Below the pieces are notes generated by a model. It did not search any database. It worked only from the letters and a program-made list of their open reading frames with translations, and was not told where the DNA came from. The position numbers were made by a program, and so were the translations under genes. A DNA stretch of 64,000 nucleotides from Mobula birostris. Taxonomy: Eukaryota. This document shows, in pieces, positions 63,130 through 64,000 of this stretch; within the stretch, counting starts at the first letter, position 1, and each line of letters begins with the position of its first letter. The stretch is from contig NC_092383.1 in assembly GCF_030028105.1 (NCBI RefSeq), forward strand, positions 87,191,921-87,255,920, written 5' to 3'.

Positions 63130-63550
63130 GTCATTATATACTATCCTGAGATCCATTTTCTTGCAGACATTCAGAGTAGATACAAATAAATAAAACAAAA
63201 TCAATGAAAAACCACACACAATCAAATGTATAAACAGCCAATGTCGAAAAGAAGACAAACTGTGCAAATATAAAAGAAACAAATTATTAAAAAGTAAAAA
63301 AAATATTGAGAACGTAAGTTATAGAGTTCTTGAAAGTGAGTCCATTGGTTGCAGAATCAGTTCAGTGTTTAAGTGAGTGAAGGTATCGACGCTGGTTCAG
63401 GAGCCTGATGGTTGAAGGGTAATAACTGTTTCTGACCCTGCTGGTGTGACACCTCCTTCCCAATGGCAGCAGCGTGAGGAGAGCATGGCCTGGGTGGTAA
63501 CAGTCCTTGATGATGGATGCTGCTTTCTCGTGACAGAGCTCCTTGGAGAA
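63130..63550 (-). mobile_element. Rex1-type 3' fragment and tail
   Basis: KAASIIKDCYHPGHALLTLLPLGRR...NSYYPSTIRLLN. Confidence 0.75.
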
Positions 63551-64000
63551 TTTATCCATATTTGCTCTGCCTGAATTTATAAACAATTATCTGTTCTGTA
63601 CTTTATAGAAAATGGGCTGAGTCATAAAATCAAAGCGGTTGTATCTTTATAAAATATGTAGAAATCACATGGATTGTGAAAGTCCGTGTGCTGAAAACCA
63701 ACATATCTTTTTCTAGTGGATGGAATTGTGAGATGTGACCTCTAAAATCTGTGTATCCTCATTCACTGAGTCTGCAAGCAAAAGTGTAGAAAGATGGAGC
63801 TGAAATGAATCCTGTAATGAGTATTTTCAAGGACAGAAACATTATTGGAGAGGGTAGGGTTAAATTGAGACCACTCAACTACTAAACCACTGGGGGCTTG
63901 GATCAGTTGAATTGGGTCTTACTATTTCCCACATTCAGCAAATCAGAAATTCTTGGGCAAAAACAGGGCATAAAGAATGGAAATTGTATGCGGACTTGCA

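Overview
Vertebrate genomic DNA, not microbial. The repeat content and the receptor type point to a cartilaginous fish, probably a ray (inference). Most of the window is nested, decayed transposable elements: two Ty3/Gypsy LTR elements, five L1s, CR1, Rex1/Babar, RTE, Penelope-like elements (PLE) carrying hammerhead ribozyme cores, Tc1, hAT and tRNA-derived SINEs. The one host gene I can support is on the + strand. It is a CD300/pIgR-related Ig-superfamily immune receptor, similar to the skate modular domain immune-type receptors (MDIR). It has a candidate leader exon (24882-24921) and six open, phase-1 Ig exons in the order V-C2-V-C2-V-C2 (26300-62807). I found no transmembrane exon in the window. 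The six-domain array is explained by one tandem duplication (26745-47949 and 47950-62134) whose unit is C2+V, out of register with the V-C2 pair, and whose breakpoints can be read to the base. Other points of interest are an intact minimal hammerhead in a 131-nt insertion, unusually long L1 target-site duplications (about 45 and 115 bp), and loss of the canonical Ig Trp in two V domains. TE family names come from recognised motifs, not database searches. Most TE boundaries are approximate. Substitution counts are by hand.
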